Below, piece by piece: positions 1 through 10,100 of a DNA stretch of 64,000 nucleotides. The notes below the pieces were generated by a model. That model was not told the origin of the DNA. It ran no database searches and was given only the letters and a program-made list of their open reading frames with translations. Made by a program: the position numbers and the translations under genes. Location: NCBI GenBank assembly GCA_027593235.1, contig JAQCIU010000011.1, forward strand, positions 1-64,000, given 5' to 3'. The DNA comes from Chloroflexota bacterium. Its GTDB lineage: Bacteria > Chloroflexota > Dehalococcoidia > UBA2979. Numbering within the stretch: the first letter of the stretch is position 1; each line of letters starts with the position of its first letter.

Positions 1-500
1 ACCCACCCGCCCTCGGGATCTTGGGGGCAAGCCCCCGCAGCACCCCGGCCGCGAGGCGCTTCGCGCTCGCGTTTTGACCGGGCCTTGGTGTTGGTGGGTC
101 GTTGTTGGCGGGCGTCGCTGGTCTCGGTCGCGAGATGTCTCGCAGGGCACGTCGACGCGGGCCAGTCGCCTACGAGTGTGTCTTGTGCCACGCCTCCGCC
201 TTCTTTGGGGCGAGCCCCGCCGCTTCCCCGCAGCGTGGTGCTTCGCGCTCGCGCTGAGGTCTGAACTGCAACCGGAGGCCACTCGATCGCTTGGGGAACG
301 GGTGGGGTCGGTGAGCGATGGGCCTGTGGCGGCGGGTCGTCCGTGACTCGCTGCTCGTTCAGCCTGCCTTCGTTCGTCCGACCGAGGTTGTTCGTCGTGA
401 GGTGTCTCATTCGCGACCCGGCGGTGGCGCCCTGCCCCGGCTCCTCGGCGCGCGGGTGGGAGGCCCGCTTAGGATGGCGGCGCAGTTCGAGGAGTGTTCG

Positions 501-1667
501 ATGGCCCCAGGCGAGGTGCGGCGGGCGACGCCGTTGCGGCAGTTGTTGCGCGAGGTGTTGCCGATTCCGACGGCGTCGTACGAGGAACGCGGGGTGATGG
601 CGTACCTCGAGCGGTTCGCGGTGGCGCGGGGGTTGGAGTTTCGGCAGGACAGGTTTGGCAACTCGTACATCACGTACCGGCGCGGGCGGGCGCGGCGGCC
701 GCTGGTGTTGGAGGCCCACACGGATCACCCGGGGTTCGTGGTGTCGGCGGTGCGGGGAAAGCGGCTGGAGCTGGAGTTCCGAGGTGGGCTCGCCGCGGAG
801 TACGGGAAGGGCGAGGGCGTCCGCATCTACGGAGCGGGGCTGCCGGCGGCAGGGGTGCGCGGCGAGCTGACGTCGGTGACTGCCTCGAAGGCGGCGCGTC
901 CGGGGGCGCCGAGGCGGATCGTCGGGGCGAAAGCGCTGCTGCGGTCGCCGGCCGACGTGGCGATCGGCGATCTGGCGCTGTGGGATGTGGAGCTGTGCCA
1001 GGTGCGCGGGAAGCTGGTGCAGGCGCGGCAGTGCGACGACCTGGCGGGGGTGGTGACGGTGCTGGCGACGCTGGACCGGGTCGCGGCGGAGCGGCGGCCC
1101 GGGCACCTCGTGGGGTTGTTCACGCGTGCCGAGGAGCTTGGGCTCGAGGGGGCGGCGGCGGCGGCAGCCGCGAAGGAGATACCGGAGGATGCGCTGGTGG
1201 TGGCGCTGGAGACGTCATCCTCGGCGGGTGGGCGCGCCGAACAGGGTGGCGGGCCGATCATTCGCGTGGGCGACCGCGTGCACATCTTTTCGCCCGCGAT
1301 GACGATGTGGATGGTGGCGCTGGCGGAGCAGATCGCTTCGGAGCAGCCGGGGTTTCGTTATCAGCGGAAGCTGATGGATGCTGGCGGAACGGAAGCGACG
1401 GCGTTCGATCTGCTGGGGTACGAGACCGGGGCGGCGTGCCTCGCGCTCGGGAACTGGCATAACGCCGGGCCTCGGGGGCGGGTTCGGGCGGAGACGGTGC
1501 ACCTGGACGATCTGGAGGGGCTGATCCAGCTCTGCGAGCGGATGGTCGCGGATGTGGGGAGCTTCGCATCGACGATCGAGGGGGCGCGGACGCGCTGGCG
1601 GTCGATCGGCCTCGATGCTGGGAAGCGGCTCACCCCTTCGGTCCCTTCGGCCCCTTCGGGGCTTTGA
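501..1667 (+). CDS. M20/M28/M42-clan zinc metallopeptidase-like protein
   Basis: Metal-ligand pattern AHTDH, CDD, AEE, ALETS, late NWHN/HLDD. Start uncertain (ATG 474 or 501). Confidence 0.7.
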   Translation: MAPGEVRRATPLRQLLREVLPIPTASYEERGVMAYLERFAVARGLEFRQDRFGNSYITYRRGRARRPLVLEAHTDHPGFVVSAVRGKRLELEFRGGLAAEYGKGEGVRIYGAGLPAAGVRGELTSVTASKAARPGAPRRIVGAKALLRSPADVAIGDLALWDVELCQVRGKLVQARQCDDLAGVVTVLATLDRVAAERRPGHLVGLFTRAEELGLEGAAAAAAAKEIPEDALVVALETSSSAGGRAEQGGGPIIRVGDRVHIFSPAMTMWMVALAEQIASEQPGFRYQRKLMDAGGTEATAFDLLGYETGAACLALGNWHNAGPRGRVRAETVHLDDLEGLIQLCERMVADVGSFASTIEGARTRWRSIGLDAGKRLTPSVPSAPSGL

Positions 1668-1839
1668 TGACGCTTCGCGCGGTGCATTCGGAGCGCCCGT
1701 TGCGGGCCGCCACTCTGCTGGCTTGTGCCTCGGGGCGTCTCCTGCCGTCAGGTGGGACTCAGGGCGTGGCGTTGAGTGAGGGACGGATGCCGGGGACGGC
1801 GAGTAGTGCGAGGGTGAGCGTGGAGGATTGGAGGGGACG

Positions 1840-2688
1840 ATGTCGTTCACGGTGAGTTCGTGGAACGTGGAGTTCTTCGGTTCGAGGCGGAAGGGGGACA
1901 ACACCGCCGACGTGCTGGCCCGGATCGAGCGCGTGTTCGAGTATCTCCGCGCGGAGATCGATACGGACGTGTACGCGATCTACGAGGCGAACGGCGCGCA
2001 GGTGTTCGGCGCCGCGACGTCCATGTTCCCGGACTACTCCTGGAGGATCACGGAGGGGAGCGGTTCGCAGGACATCCTGATTGGATCGCGCCGGCCGGTC
2101 TTCGTGACTGATCGAACGGAGTTCGGTCAGGGGTTCAACGGGCCGTTGCGGCCCGGCTCACTGGTGACGCTGAGCGATGGCGGTGAGAACTACTCGATGC
2201 TGTTCTTGCACCTGAAGGCGGCGGGCGAGCCGATCGATTTCGGCGTGCGGGTGCATCAGCACGAGAAGGCGCGGAGCCTGCGAAAGGCGTTGGATCGCGG
2301 CGCGCCGGGCGGTCAGCGCGCGAACTTCATCGTCGCCGGTGACCTCAACAGCGTGGGGATGAACCTGTCGTTCTCCGACGCGGACGTTCTGCTCATGGAC
2401 GAAGTGGACCGGCTTCACACGATGTACGGATCGAACTGGGACCGAATGCCGATTCGGGCAAAAACGCATCCGACGACGTTCTGGAACGGGCCGGGGTCCT
2501 CCGATCCGCCTTCCGACATCGATCACGTCGCGGCGGCGGAGCGGATCCAGTTCGCAGCGACCGCCGGCGGAGCGGAGATCGAGGTCAAAGGCTGGCCCGA
2601 GGAGGCGACGGACGCCGCGAAGGCGCAGTGGATTGCCGACTTCTCCGATCACGCGCTGCTGCGCTTCGAGGTGACCGGGGCCCAGTAG
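1840..2688 (+). CDS. Endonuclease/exonuclease/phosphatase (EEP) family protein
   Basis: SWNVE, IYE, HLKA, AGDLN, DIDH and SDH motifs; GGAGGGG RBS before ATG 1840. Confidence 0.85.
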   Translation: MSFTVSSWNVEFFGSRRKGDNTADVLARIERVFEYLRAEIDTDVYAIYEANGAQVFGAATSMFPDYSWRITEGSGSQDILIGSRRPVFVTDRTEFGQGFNGPLRPGSLVTLSDGGENYSMLFLHLKAAGEPIDFGVRVHQHEKARSLRKALDRGAPGGQRANFIVAGDLNSVGMNLSFSDADVLLMDEVDRLHTMYGSNWDRMPIRAKTHPTTFWNGPGSSDPPSDIDHVAAAERIQFAATAGGAEIEVKGWPEEATDAAKAQWIADFSDHALLRFEVTGAQ

Positions 2689-2711
2689 CCCGCGGGTTGG
2701 CTCGCCGGGGC

Positions 2712-3764
2712 TTACGAGGAGAGGGCGTCACCGACCGTCGGAACGGTCTTGAGGTCGGCGACGATCTCTTTGATCTGGGCTTCTTCGTCCGGGGTGGTGG
2801 GATCGACCTCGAAACTGATCTGGGAGTTGATGCCGGCGTACTTCTCGCGGGCACGGGCGGCGATGGTGTCCCAGGTGCCAACGGTGGCGAACTGATCGAG
2901 CATCTCGTCGGTGACGACGTCGACCATCTCGTCCCAGCGGCCCTCGAGGGACATGCCGTGGAGGCGTGCGGCCTCGTCTTCCCAGCCGTGGAGCTTCATG
3001 ACGCTCTCGTAGGAGCGGGTGGAGCCGTAGAAGGAGATGCGCCGTTTGACCTCGATGACGGCGGCTGCGACCTCCTCGTCGTTGCGACCGGTGGCGAGCA
3101 TGCCGCCGCCGCGGATCTCAAGCGCGGCGGGGTCCTTGCCGACGCTGCGCGCGCCCTGGTGGACGGCGGGGATCAGCACCTCCTTCATATAGCGGAAGGT
3201 ACTGAAGTCGTGGATGGCGACGCCGTCGCTGATCTCGCCGGCGAGCCCGGCGTTGAACGGGTTCACAGCGGAGGTGATGACCTTGATGTCCGGGTGCTCG
3301 ATCGGGCCGGGGTTATAGAGGGGGCTGGTGAGCTTGTACTGGTAGTACTCGCCCTCGTAGTTGGGCCGGGTGCCGTGCTGCCACGAGTCCCAGATTGACC
3401 GCATGCAGGCGACGTAGTCGCGCAGGTGGGGGCCCGGCGGCGCCCACGGGACGGAGAAGCGCCGTTCGTTGTGGCCTTTGACCTGGGTGCCAAGGCCAAG
3501 GACGAAGCGGCCTCCGGAGTAGTTGGCGAGGTCCCAGGCGAGGTTGGCGGTGATGTGCGGGACGCGCGGGAAGGCGATCGCCACCGAGGTTGCGAACTGC
3601 ATCCGCTGCGTGTGCTCCGCGACGAGCATCAGCGGGAGGAACGGGTTGTGAGCGGTCTCGCCGACGGAGGCGGAGTTGATGCCGAGGGCCTCGAGGTGAC
3701 GCACGCGATCTGGGATTGAGCGCATGTCCGCGGCGTCGAGGGTGGCGTTCACGAGCATGGTCAT
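2712..3764 (-). CDS. LLM-class, probably F420-dependent oxidoreductase (TIGR03617-like)
   Basis: ETAHNPF, VAIAFPR, GRFVLGLGTQVKGHNERRFS, ISFYGSTRSY motifs. Confidence 0.85.
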   Translation of the reverse strand: MTMLVNATLDAADMRSIPDRVRHLEALGINSASVGETAHNPFLPLMLVAEHTQRMQFATSVAIAFPRVPHITANLAWDLANYSGGRFVLGLGTQVKGHNERRFSVPWAPPGPHLRDYVACMRSIWDSWQHGTRPNYEGEYYQYKLTSPLYNPGPIEHPDIKVITSAVNPFNAGLAGEISDGVAIHDFSTFRYMKEVLIPAVHQGARSVGKDPAALEIRGGGMLATGRNDEEVAAAVIEVKRRISFYGSTRSYESVMKLHGWEDEAARLHGMSLEGRWDEMVDVVTDEMLDQFATVGTWDTIAARAREKYAGINSQISFEVDPTTPDEEAQIKEIVADLKTVPTVGDALSS

Positions 3765-3798
3765 CGCGCGGTGCTCCCTTCCGTGATCCGAGCGGCGC

Positions 3799-4377
3799 TC
3801 AGTTATCGCGCTCGAGGACGGACCAGACGGCTTCTTCGGTTTCGCGATCGACGCGACCCTCGCGGAGGAGGCGGACGATCAGGCGGCTGTCGAACCCCTG
3901 CTTGCGCAGATGTTGGCGGATCTCCCTGATTCGATCGGCCATGCCGAGGACGACCGCGAGCAAGAGTTCCCATTCGGGCGGGGTGCAGAGCACCTGGACG
4001 GTGCCGGAGCGTGCCGGTACCCGCGCGTCCCAGAGCGAGGGGATCTCCATGGGCTTGAGGCTGTCGTAGCGGCCATGGAAGACGGGATCGGCGAAGACGA
4101 AGACGGGGACGCCGTGACGCAGGAAGTGCAGGCGGGTGGCGGCGAGGCGACCACCGCGCTCCCAACGCGCCGTCAGTTGCAGCATCTCAGCCAACGCTTC
4201 GACGGTGCTGCCGGGGGCCATGAATTCGAGGTTTGGCGACGCGGTAGGGGCGCGTTGCAGCCTGAGGCCACTGCCGCCGATCAAGGCCCAGGGGGCATCA
4301 TCGGCGGCTTCCTCGATGACACGGACGAGCGGGCCAAGCACCTCGTCCTGCGCGTCGGTATCACAATCGAACGTCAT
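3799..4377 (-). CDS. Hypothetical protein with possible degenerate nucleotidyltransferase fold
   Basis: WALIGGSGLRLQ...PNLEF resembles the GG/GS...DxD signature, but the aspartates are replaced. Confidence 0.5.
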   Translation of the reverse strand: MTFDCDTDAQDEVLGPLVRVIEEAADDAPWALIGGSGLRLQRAPTASPNLEFMAPGSTVEALAEMLQLTARWERGGRLAATRLHFLRHGVPVFVFADPVFHGRYDSLKPMEIPSLWDARVPARSGTVQVLCTPPEWELLLAVVLGMADRIREIRQHLRKQGFDSRLIVRLLREGRVDRETEEAVWSVLERDN

Positions 4378-4477
4378 CCCAGGTCGCCTTGTTTTGAGGT
4401 TGATTCCGACCAGCCGTGGCGATGCTCGATGCTAGGATGAGCATCAACGAGGACCGCGCGAACGCGCGTTCCCGGGC

Positions 4478-4516
4478 ATGGCATGCCATATATGATACCC
4501 CGTGATGGCATGCCGT
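4478..4516. promoter_or_regulatory. Two ATGGCATGCCAT-type palindromes flanking a TATGAT -10-like hexamer
   Basis: ATGGCATGCCAT at 4478-4489, ATGGCATGCCGT at 4505-4516, TATGAT at 4491-4496, in a divergent intergenic region. Confidence 0.5.
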
Positions 4517-4567
4517 TCGCTCCCGGGCCGCTCGCCGTGTGTGTGCACACTTTCGAGGAGCGCGGCC

Positions 4568-5296
4568 GTGCCAAAGCAGGTGACGAACGTTGCCGCCGAT
4601 GACGCGCTGACGACGATCTACCGTCTCTCCCACGACGAGGGGGAAGAGGCGATCGCCGCGCGCATTGCCGAGCGCCTTGGGACCAAGCCGGCCTCGGTCG
4701 CCGGAATGCTCGGGCGGTTGAAGCGAGACTCGCTGGTGCGGATGGACGCGAAGAAGCGCATCCACCTGACCAAGGCAGGATTCGAGCGCGCGGAACGCAT
4801 GGTGCGCCGGCATCGGCTGGCTGAGTGTCTGCTGGTGGACGTGATGGGCCTCGATTGGTGGCGCGCGTACGAAGAGGCGCACCTGATGGAGCACTCGATC
4901 TCGGAGGTGACGGAGCCGCTGATCGTGAAGCTGCTGGGGGATCGCCAGGTCTCACCGTTCGGGTACCCGATTCCCAACGAGCACGGCTCAGGCCCAATGT
5001 CGACGCGCCGGTTGAGCGATCTGAAGGCGGGCGGCGACGGCATTGTCGAGCGGGTCTACGAGGAGGACGAAGATCTCCTCCGCTTCTTCGACGAGGAGGG
5101 GATCCGTCCCGGCGCGAAGGTGTCGGTCCGCGAGGTGGCGTCGTACCTGGGCACGGTGACGTTGAGCGTGGAGGGCGGCGGCAGCGGCAAGCACGAGCTG
5201 GTGATCGGCTCGGATGCGGCGCGGCTGATCTGGCTGCACGACGGCACCTCGAAGAGTGGCGCCGCCCGCCGCAGCGCGAGCACGAACGGCGCGTAG
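4568..5296 (+). CDS. DtxR/MntR/IdeR-family metal-dependent transcriptional regulator with FeoA-like C-domain
   Basis: wHTH, RRHRLAECLL, EEAHLMEHSIS, SPFGYPIP, C-terminal GIRPGAKV. GTG start assumed. Confidence 0.9.
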   Translation: MPKQVTNVAADDALTTIYRLSHDEGEEAIAARIAERLGTKPASVAGMLGRLKRDSLVRMDAKKRIHLTKAGFERAERMVRRHRLAECLLVDVMGLDWWRAYEEAHLMEHSISEVTEPLIVKLLGDRQVSPFGYPIPNEHGSGPMSTRRLSDLKAGGDGIVERVYEEDEDLLRFFDEEGIRPGAKVSVREVASYLGTVTLSVEGGGSGKHELVIGSDAARLIWLHDGTSKSGAARRSASTNGA

Positions 5297-5301
5297 TTCA
5301 C

Positions 5302-5925
5302 ATGGCTTCCGACTCGGTGCAACTGCCGGGCGACCACGAACCGATTGTTGGCCCGCGTTTGACCTTTCGCCCGATCGGCGAGGCGGATCTGTCCGATCTG
5401 ATGCGCTGGCTCTCCGATCCCCAGGTGGTGGAGTTCTACGGCGATCCACCGGCGACGATCGACGAACTGCGCGAGGACTACCTTGAGGCTGACGTGAACC
5501 CGGTCTGGCGCTTCGTGATCGAGGAGGGCGACCGCGGGGTCGGCGAGATCCAGTACGGGCATCCCTACGCGGGCGAGGAATTCGCGTGGAAGGCTGGGAT
5601 CGACATTTTCATCGGCGACCCGGCCGCGCGTGACCGCGGCGTCGGGACTGAGGCGATCCGCACGATGCTCGGTTATCTCTTCGAGGCGAAGGGTGTGCAC
5701 CTCGTGACGATCGATCCGGAGGTGGCGAACGGGCGCGGCATCCGCGCGTACGAGAAGGCGGGCTTCAGATTGGATGGCGTGCTGCGGCATCACGCGTTCG
5801 AACATGGCGAGTACGTCGACACCCACTTGATGTCGATCCTGGAGGATGAGTGGCCCGCGGCACGGGCGGTCTGGCAGGCGTCGCCCCTTGATGACCCTTC
5901 GGGGCGGATTGCGGGCGCTGCCTGA
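5302..5925 (+). CDS. GNAT N-acetyltransferase (RimJ/RimL / AAC(6')-like)
   Basis: GIDIFIG...RDRGVG, IDPEVAN..GIRAYEKAGF motifs. Confidence 0.85.
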   Translation: MASDSVQLPGDHEPIVGPRLTFRPIGEADLSDLMRWLSDPQVVEFYGDPPATIDELREDYLEADVNPVWRFVIEEGDRGVGEIQYGHPYAGEEFAWKAGIDIFIGDPAARDRGVGTEAIRTMLGYLFEAKGVHLVTIDPEVANGRGIRAYEKAGFRLDGVLRHHAFEHGEYVDTHLMSILEDEWPAARAVWQASPLDDPSGRIAGAA

Positions 5926-5981
5926 GCGCGCGCGTGACGGGTGCTACTGACCTCGGAGCGGGCGGGCGGTAGGGTCGAACG

Positions 5982-6284
5982 ATGGAGATCGAGTTTTCAC
6001 CGCAGGCGATTGAGTTGGTGCGGCACCGCGGTGGCCGAGCGGCGTTGGATTTCATTCCGCCGATTGGCTGAAGCGGCCGCATCGAGGTGTCGGTCGACAC
6101 CTACCTCAATGGCAAGAACCTCACGAAGTACCAGACGGTGCAGGTGGACGGTGTCGAACTCCTCGTCACGCCGGTGCTACGGCAGTGGGCGAGTCGGGTT
6201 GAGGTAGAGGTGGATCGCTTCCTGTTCTGGAAGCGGTTCGATGTGATCGCGGATCACGCGCATCGGCCTACCTGAGCGCATTGA
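5982..6284 (+). CDS. Candidate selenoprotein, 100 aa, HesB-like / CC-Se-motif-like, with two UGA(Sec) codons
   Basis: Single frame ATG5982 MEIEFSPQAIELVRHRGGRAALDFIPPIG-TGA(6069)-SGRIEVSVD...YQTVQVDGVELLV...HAHRPT-TGA(6273)-AH-TGA(6282); a hairpin follows each of the first two UGAs. Confidence 0.75.
6085..6102 (+). promoter_or_regulatory. Putative bacterial SECIS element 1
   Basis: Perfect 7-bp stem AGGTGTC/GACACCT with GGTC loop starting 20 nt after the in-frame TGA at 6069-6071. Confidence 0.7.
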
Positions 6285-6288
6285 TCCC

Positions 6289-6307
6289 GGTCCGCCGTTG
6301 GCGGGCC
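6289..6307 (+). promoter_or_regulatory. Putative bacterial SECIS element 2
   Basis: 8-bp stem GGTCCGCC/GGCGGGCC (one G-U pair) with GTT loop starting 21 nt after the TGA at 6273-6275. Confidence 0.5.
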
Positions 6308-6508
6308 ATTCCATTGACCGGGGATTGGAGGCAGGAGGCGGGCGATGCCCGCGCCGCTCTTCGCGTCGCCACCCAGGGCTCTTGGATTTCGGGGGCAAGC
6401 CGCGGCAGCCCCGTGGCCGCGCCGCGCCGCGCGTCGCGGTCGCTCTGGATCGACAGAGCCTCGGGCCGCGCTGCAGTCGCGCGTCCGGTGCGGGCCGTCG
6501 TCCTTCTG

Positions 6509-6856
6509 CTAGAAGGGCGGCTGACCGAAGCCGACGACGTCCAGTTCCTCGCGGGCGTACGGGCCGGCGAAGAGCCGGATGCGTGGTGCGCCGAGGGCGG
6601 TGACGCGGCCTTCACGACCGTCGACGAGACGGAGCGTGTAGGTGTATTCGGCGGTCGGCAGGTGGGACGGCTCGGCGTTGGCCGGGGCCTCCAGGTGGCC
6701 GCCCCACTGGATGCCGCGGCCCTGCTGAACGAGTTGCCAGAGTTCGGCGGCGACGCTGGCGATGAGGACGCCGTTGGCATCCAGCAGATCAGCGCGACCG
6801 GACCACGTTTGCTCAGTGGTCTCGTCGGAATGCTGGGCGCGTGCGAGTTGAGGCAT
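6509..6856 (-). CDS. Hypothetical protein (115 aa)
   Basis: GGAAGGGAG RBS upstream, GC3-rich codons; no recognised motif. Confidence 0.6.
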   Translation of the reverse strand: MPQLARAQHSDETTEQTWSGRADLLDANGVLIASVAAELWQLVQQGRGIQWGGHLEAPANAEPSHLPTAEYTYTLRLVDGREGRVTALGAPRIRLFAGPYAREELDVVGFGQPPF

Positions 6857-7056
6857 GGCGGGACTCCCTTCCGCGTGCGTATGCGTGTGGGAAGGACGCG
6901 GTACCGGCAGCGTAGCACCGCGAGCATGTCGGGCTTGTTACGTCCGGCGCGAAGCGCTGACAATCGGTCAGGGGACTGCAATCCCGGACGGTCGCTTGGC
7001 GGCGGCGTTGGGTGCAGCGGCGCCCGAACCTCGAGAGATTGTCAGCGCGGGGAACG

Positions 7057-7084
7057 AAAACGGGCGCGGCCGAAGCCGCGCCCG
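7057..7084 (-). terminator. Rho-independent terminator after nrdJ
   Basis: Minus strand CGGGCGCGGC-TTCG-GCCGCGCCCG followed by TTTT. Confidence 0.8.
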
Positions 7085-7107
7085 CTGGCGATGATCCGCG
7101 AGGACGG

Positions 7108-10100
7108 CTAGCTACAGCCGGTCGTCGTTCCGCAGGCCATGCACTTCAGGCAGGTGCCGTTGCGGACCATCATGAGCTGGCCGCATTCGGGGCAGGGGTC
7201 GCCTTCGAAGCCGGACTGGCGGGCCTGCTCGAGGGAGATGGTCTGCCGTTCGGCAACAACGGTGGTGGTGGTGGTGGTCGCTTTCACCGTGAAGTCCGTC
7301 GCCGGGAGACCGGCTCCGAGCTGGCGGGTTGCGCCAGCGGCCGTGGGCGCCGGCTGCTTGGCGACCGCGGCGGTAGCCGTTGCCGAGGCCGATCGACCGT
7401 TGGTGGACGGCGCCGGAGTAGCGGGCGTGCCCTGCGCGCCGACATCGACGGGGACGTCGTCGTCCGCGCTCGGGTCGGTCGCGAGGTTGACCGGGCCGAG
7501 GTGCGCGAGCTCGTCGCGATCGAGGTAGGTGACGGCCAGCTCGCGGAAGATGTAGTCGATGATCGAGCTGGAGAACTGGATACGGTCATGACCGGTGACC
7601 AGTCCGTTCGGCTCGAACTTCGTGAAGACGAAGGTGTCGACGAACTTCTCGAGCGGGACGCCGTACTGGAGCCCCATCGAGACGGCGATGGCGAAGCAGT
7701 TCATGAGGCTGCGGAAGGCGGCGCCGTCCTTGGCCGTGTCGATGAAGATCTCGCCGAGCCGGGGGGCGTCGCCGTTCTCCGGCGCGAACTCGCCGGTGTG
7801 GATGTAGATCGTGTGGCCACCGACCTTGGCCTTCTGCGAGTAACCGCTGCGCCGTGACGGGAGCCGTTCGCGCTTGCCGCGCTGCAGCTCTTGCAGCATC
7901 CGTTCGGCGGCGATCACGGCCGGGTGCTCTTGCACCTCGGCGACCGCTTCCGCTTCTTCGTCGTACTCGTCGAAGTCATCGAACGCGGAGGAGGCGAGGG
8001 GCTGAGAGAGCTTGGAGCCGTCACGGTAGAGGGCGAGCGCCTTGACCATGGAGGTGGCGGCGGCGGCGTAGACCGCTTTCACTTCCTCGATCGTGGCGTG
8101 CTGCGGCATGTTGATCGTCTTGCTGATCGCGCCGGAGATGAACGGCTGGGCCGCGGCCATGATGCGGACGTGGGCCATCGCATCGATGTAGCGGGTGCCG
8201 TACTTGCCGCACTTGTTGGCGCAGTCGAAGACGGCGTAGTGCTCCTCGCGGAGGTGCGGTGCGCCCTCGGTGGTCATGCGGCCGAGGATGTGGTCGTTGG
8301 CGGCTTCGATCTGGTCGCGGCTGAAGCCGATGGCTCTCAGCATGTCGAAGCCCGGGGCGTTGAGCTGGTCCTCGCTGAGGCCGAGGGCGTTGATGCAGAA
8401 GTCATCGCCGAGCTGGTAGCGATTGAAGACGAAGCTGATGTGGAACGCGGTCGAGAGCGCCGTGTCGAGCGCATCGAGCACCGGCCGGGTAAAGCCACGC
8501 TCGGCGAGCGAGACGCGGTTGATGACGGGCGAGCCCTCGAGGTGCTGGGTACCGACGGCGTAGGCGACGATGTCGTCGGCCTGGCCGCGCGAGTAGCCGA
8601 GGCGGCGGAGGGCGGTCGGTACGGATTCGTTGATGATGCGGAAGTAACCGCCGCCGGCGAGCTTCTTGAACTTCACGAGCGCGAAGTCCGGCTCGACGCC
8701 GGTGGTGTCGCAGTCCATCAGCAGGCCGATCGTGCCGGTCGGCGCGATCAGCGTGGTCTGGGCGTTGCGGAAGCCGTGCTGCTCACCGAGGGCGAGCGCG
8801 CGGTCCCACGAGATCCGACTGGCCTGGAGTAGCTCCGGCGGGCAGAAAGTCTCGCTAATGCCGAGCGGGAGGACCGTGAGGTCCTCGTAGTCCGCGGCGG
8901 GGGCGTTGTAGGTGGCGCGGCGGTGGTTGCGGATGACCCGCAGCATCGCTTCGCGGTTCTCATCGAAGCGCGGGAAGGCGCCCAGTTCGCCGGCCATCTC
9001 CGCGGAGGTGGCGTAGGACTCGCCGGTGAGGATGGCGGTCAGGGCGCCGGTCCAGGCGAGGGCCTCGGGCGAGTCGTAGGGGATGCCTTCGAGCATCAGC
9101 AGCGTGCCGAGGTTGGCGTAGCCGAGGCCGAGCGTGCGGTACTCGTAGGAGAGCTGCGCGATGATCTCGCTGGGGTACTGCGCCATCAGCACGGAGATCT
9201 CGAGGACGATCGTCCAGAGCCGGATCGCGTGCCGGTAGCCCTCGAGGTCGAACTCGCCGGTTTCGAGGTTGGTGAAGGCGAGCAGGTTGATCGACGCCAG
9301 GTTGCAGGCGGTGTCGTCCAGGAACATGTACTCGCTGCAGGGGTTGGAGCCGTTGATGCGGCCGCCAGCGGGGGCGGTGTGCCACTCGTTGATCGTGGTG
9401 TCGAACTGGAGGCCGGGGTCGGCGGACTGCCAGGCGGCGCTGCCGATGCGGTTCCAGAGGTCGCGGGCGCGGATGGTCTTGTGGACGTTGCCGTCGGTGC
9501 GTCGGATCAGATCCCAGTCGCCATCCTCGTTGACCGCGTCCATGAACTCGGCGGTCACGCGCACGGAGTTGTTGGAGTTCTGGCCGGCAACGGTGACGTA
9601 CGCCTCGCCCTGCCAGTCGGTGTCGAACTCGGTGAAGTCAATCTCCTGTTCGCCCTGAGCGACGAGCTGGAGCACGCGCTGGATGAAGGCCTCCGGGACG
9701 CCGTCGCGGCGGGAGCGGTTGACGGCCTTGCGGAGCGCACGGTTCTCGCGTGCGTCGAGGCCCTCGGCGGATGCTTCCAGTACGTCGGACAGGTGACGGC
9801 GGATCAGGCGGGAGCCGGCGACCATGGCGGCGACCTTCTGCTCCTCCTTGACCTTCCAGTCGATGAAGTCCTCAACGTCGGGGTGGTCGGCGTTGACGAT
9901 GACCATCTTGGCGGCGCGGCGGGTGGTGCCGCCGGACTTGATCGCGCCAGCGGCGCGGTCGCCGATCTTGAGGAAGGACATCAGGCCGGAGGACTTGCCG
10001 CCGCCGGAGAGGCCTTCACTCTCGCCACGGATCGAGGAGAAGTTGGAGCCGGTGCCGGAGCCGTACTTGAAGATGCGGGCCTCGCGGGTCCAGAGGTCCA

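Noticed and set aside
1-470. Hairpin-rich region and ORF 74..346 at the window start
   Set aside because: No recognisable RNA family or protein motif; probably intergenic palindromic sequence cut by the window edge.
5302-5925. Aminoglycoside resistance gene call for the GNAT
   Set aside because: Only family-level similarity; no mobile context or specific evidence.
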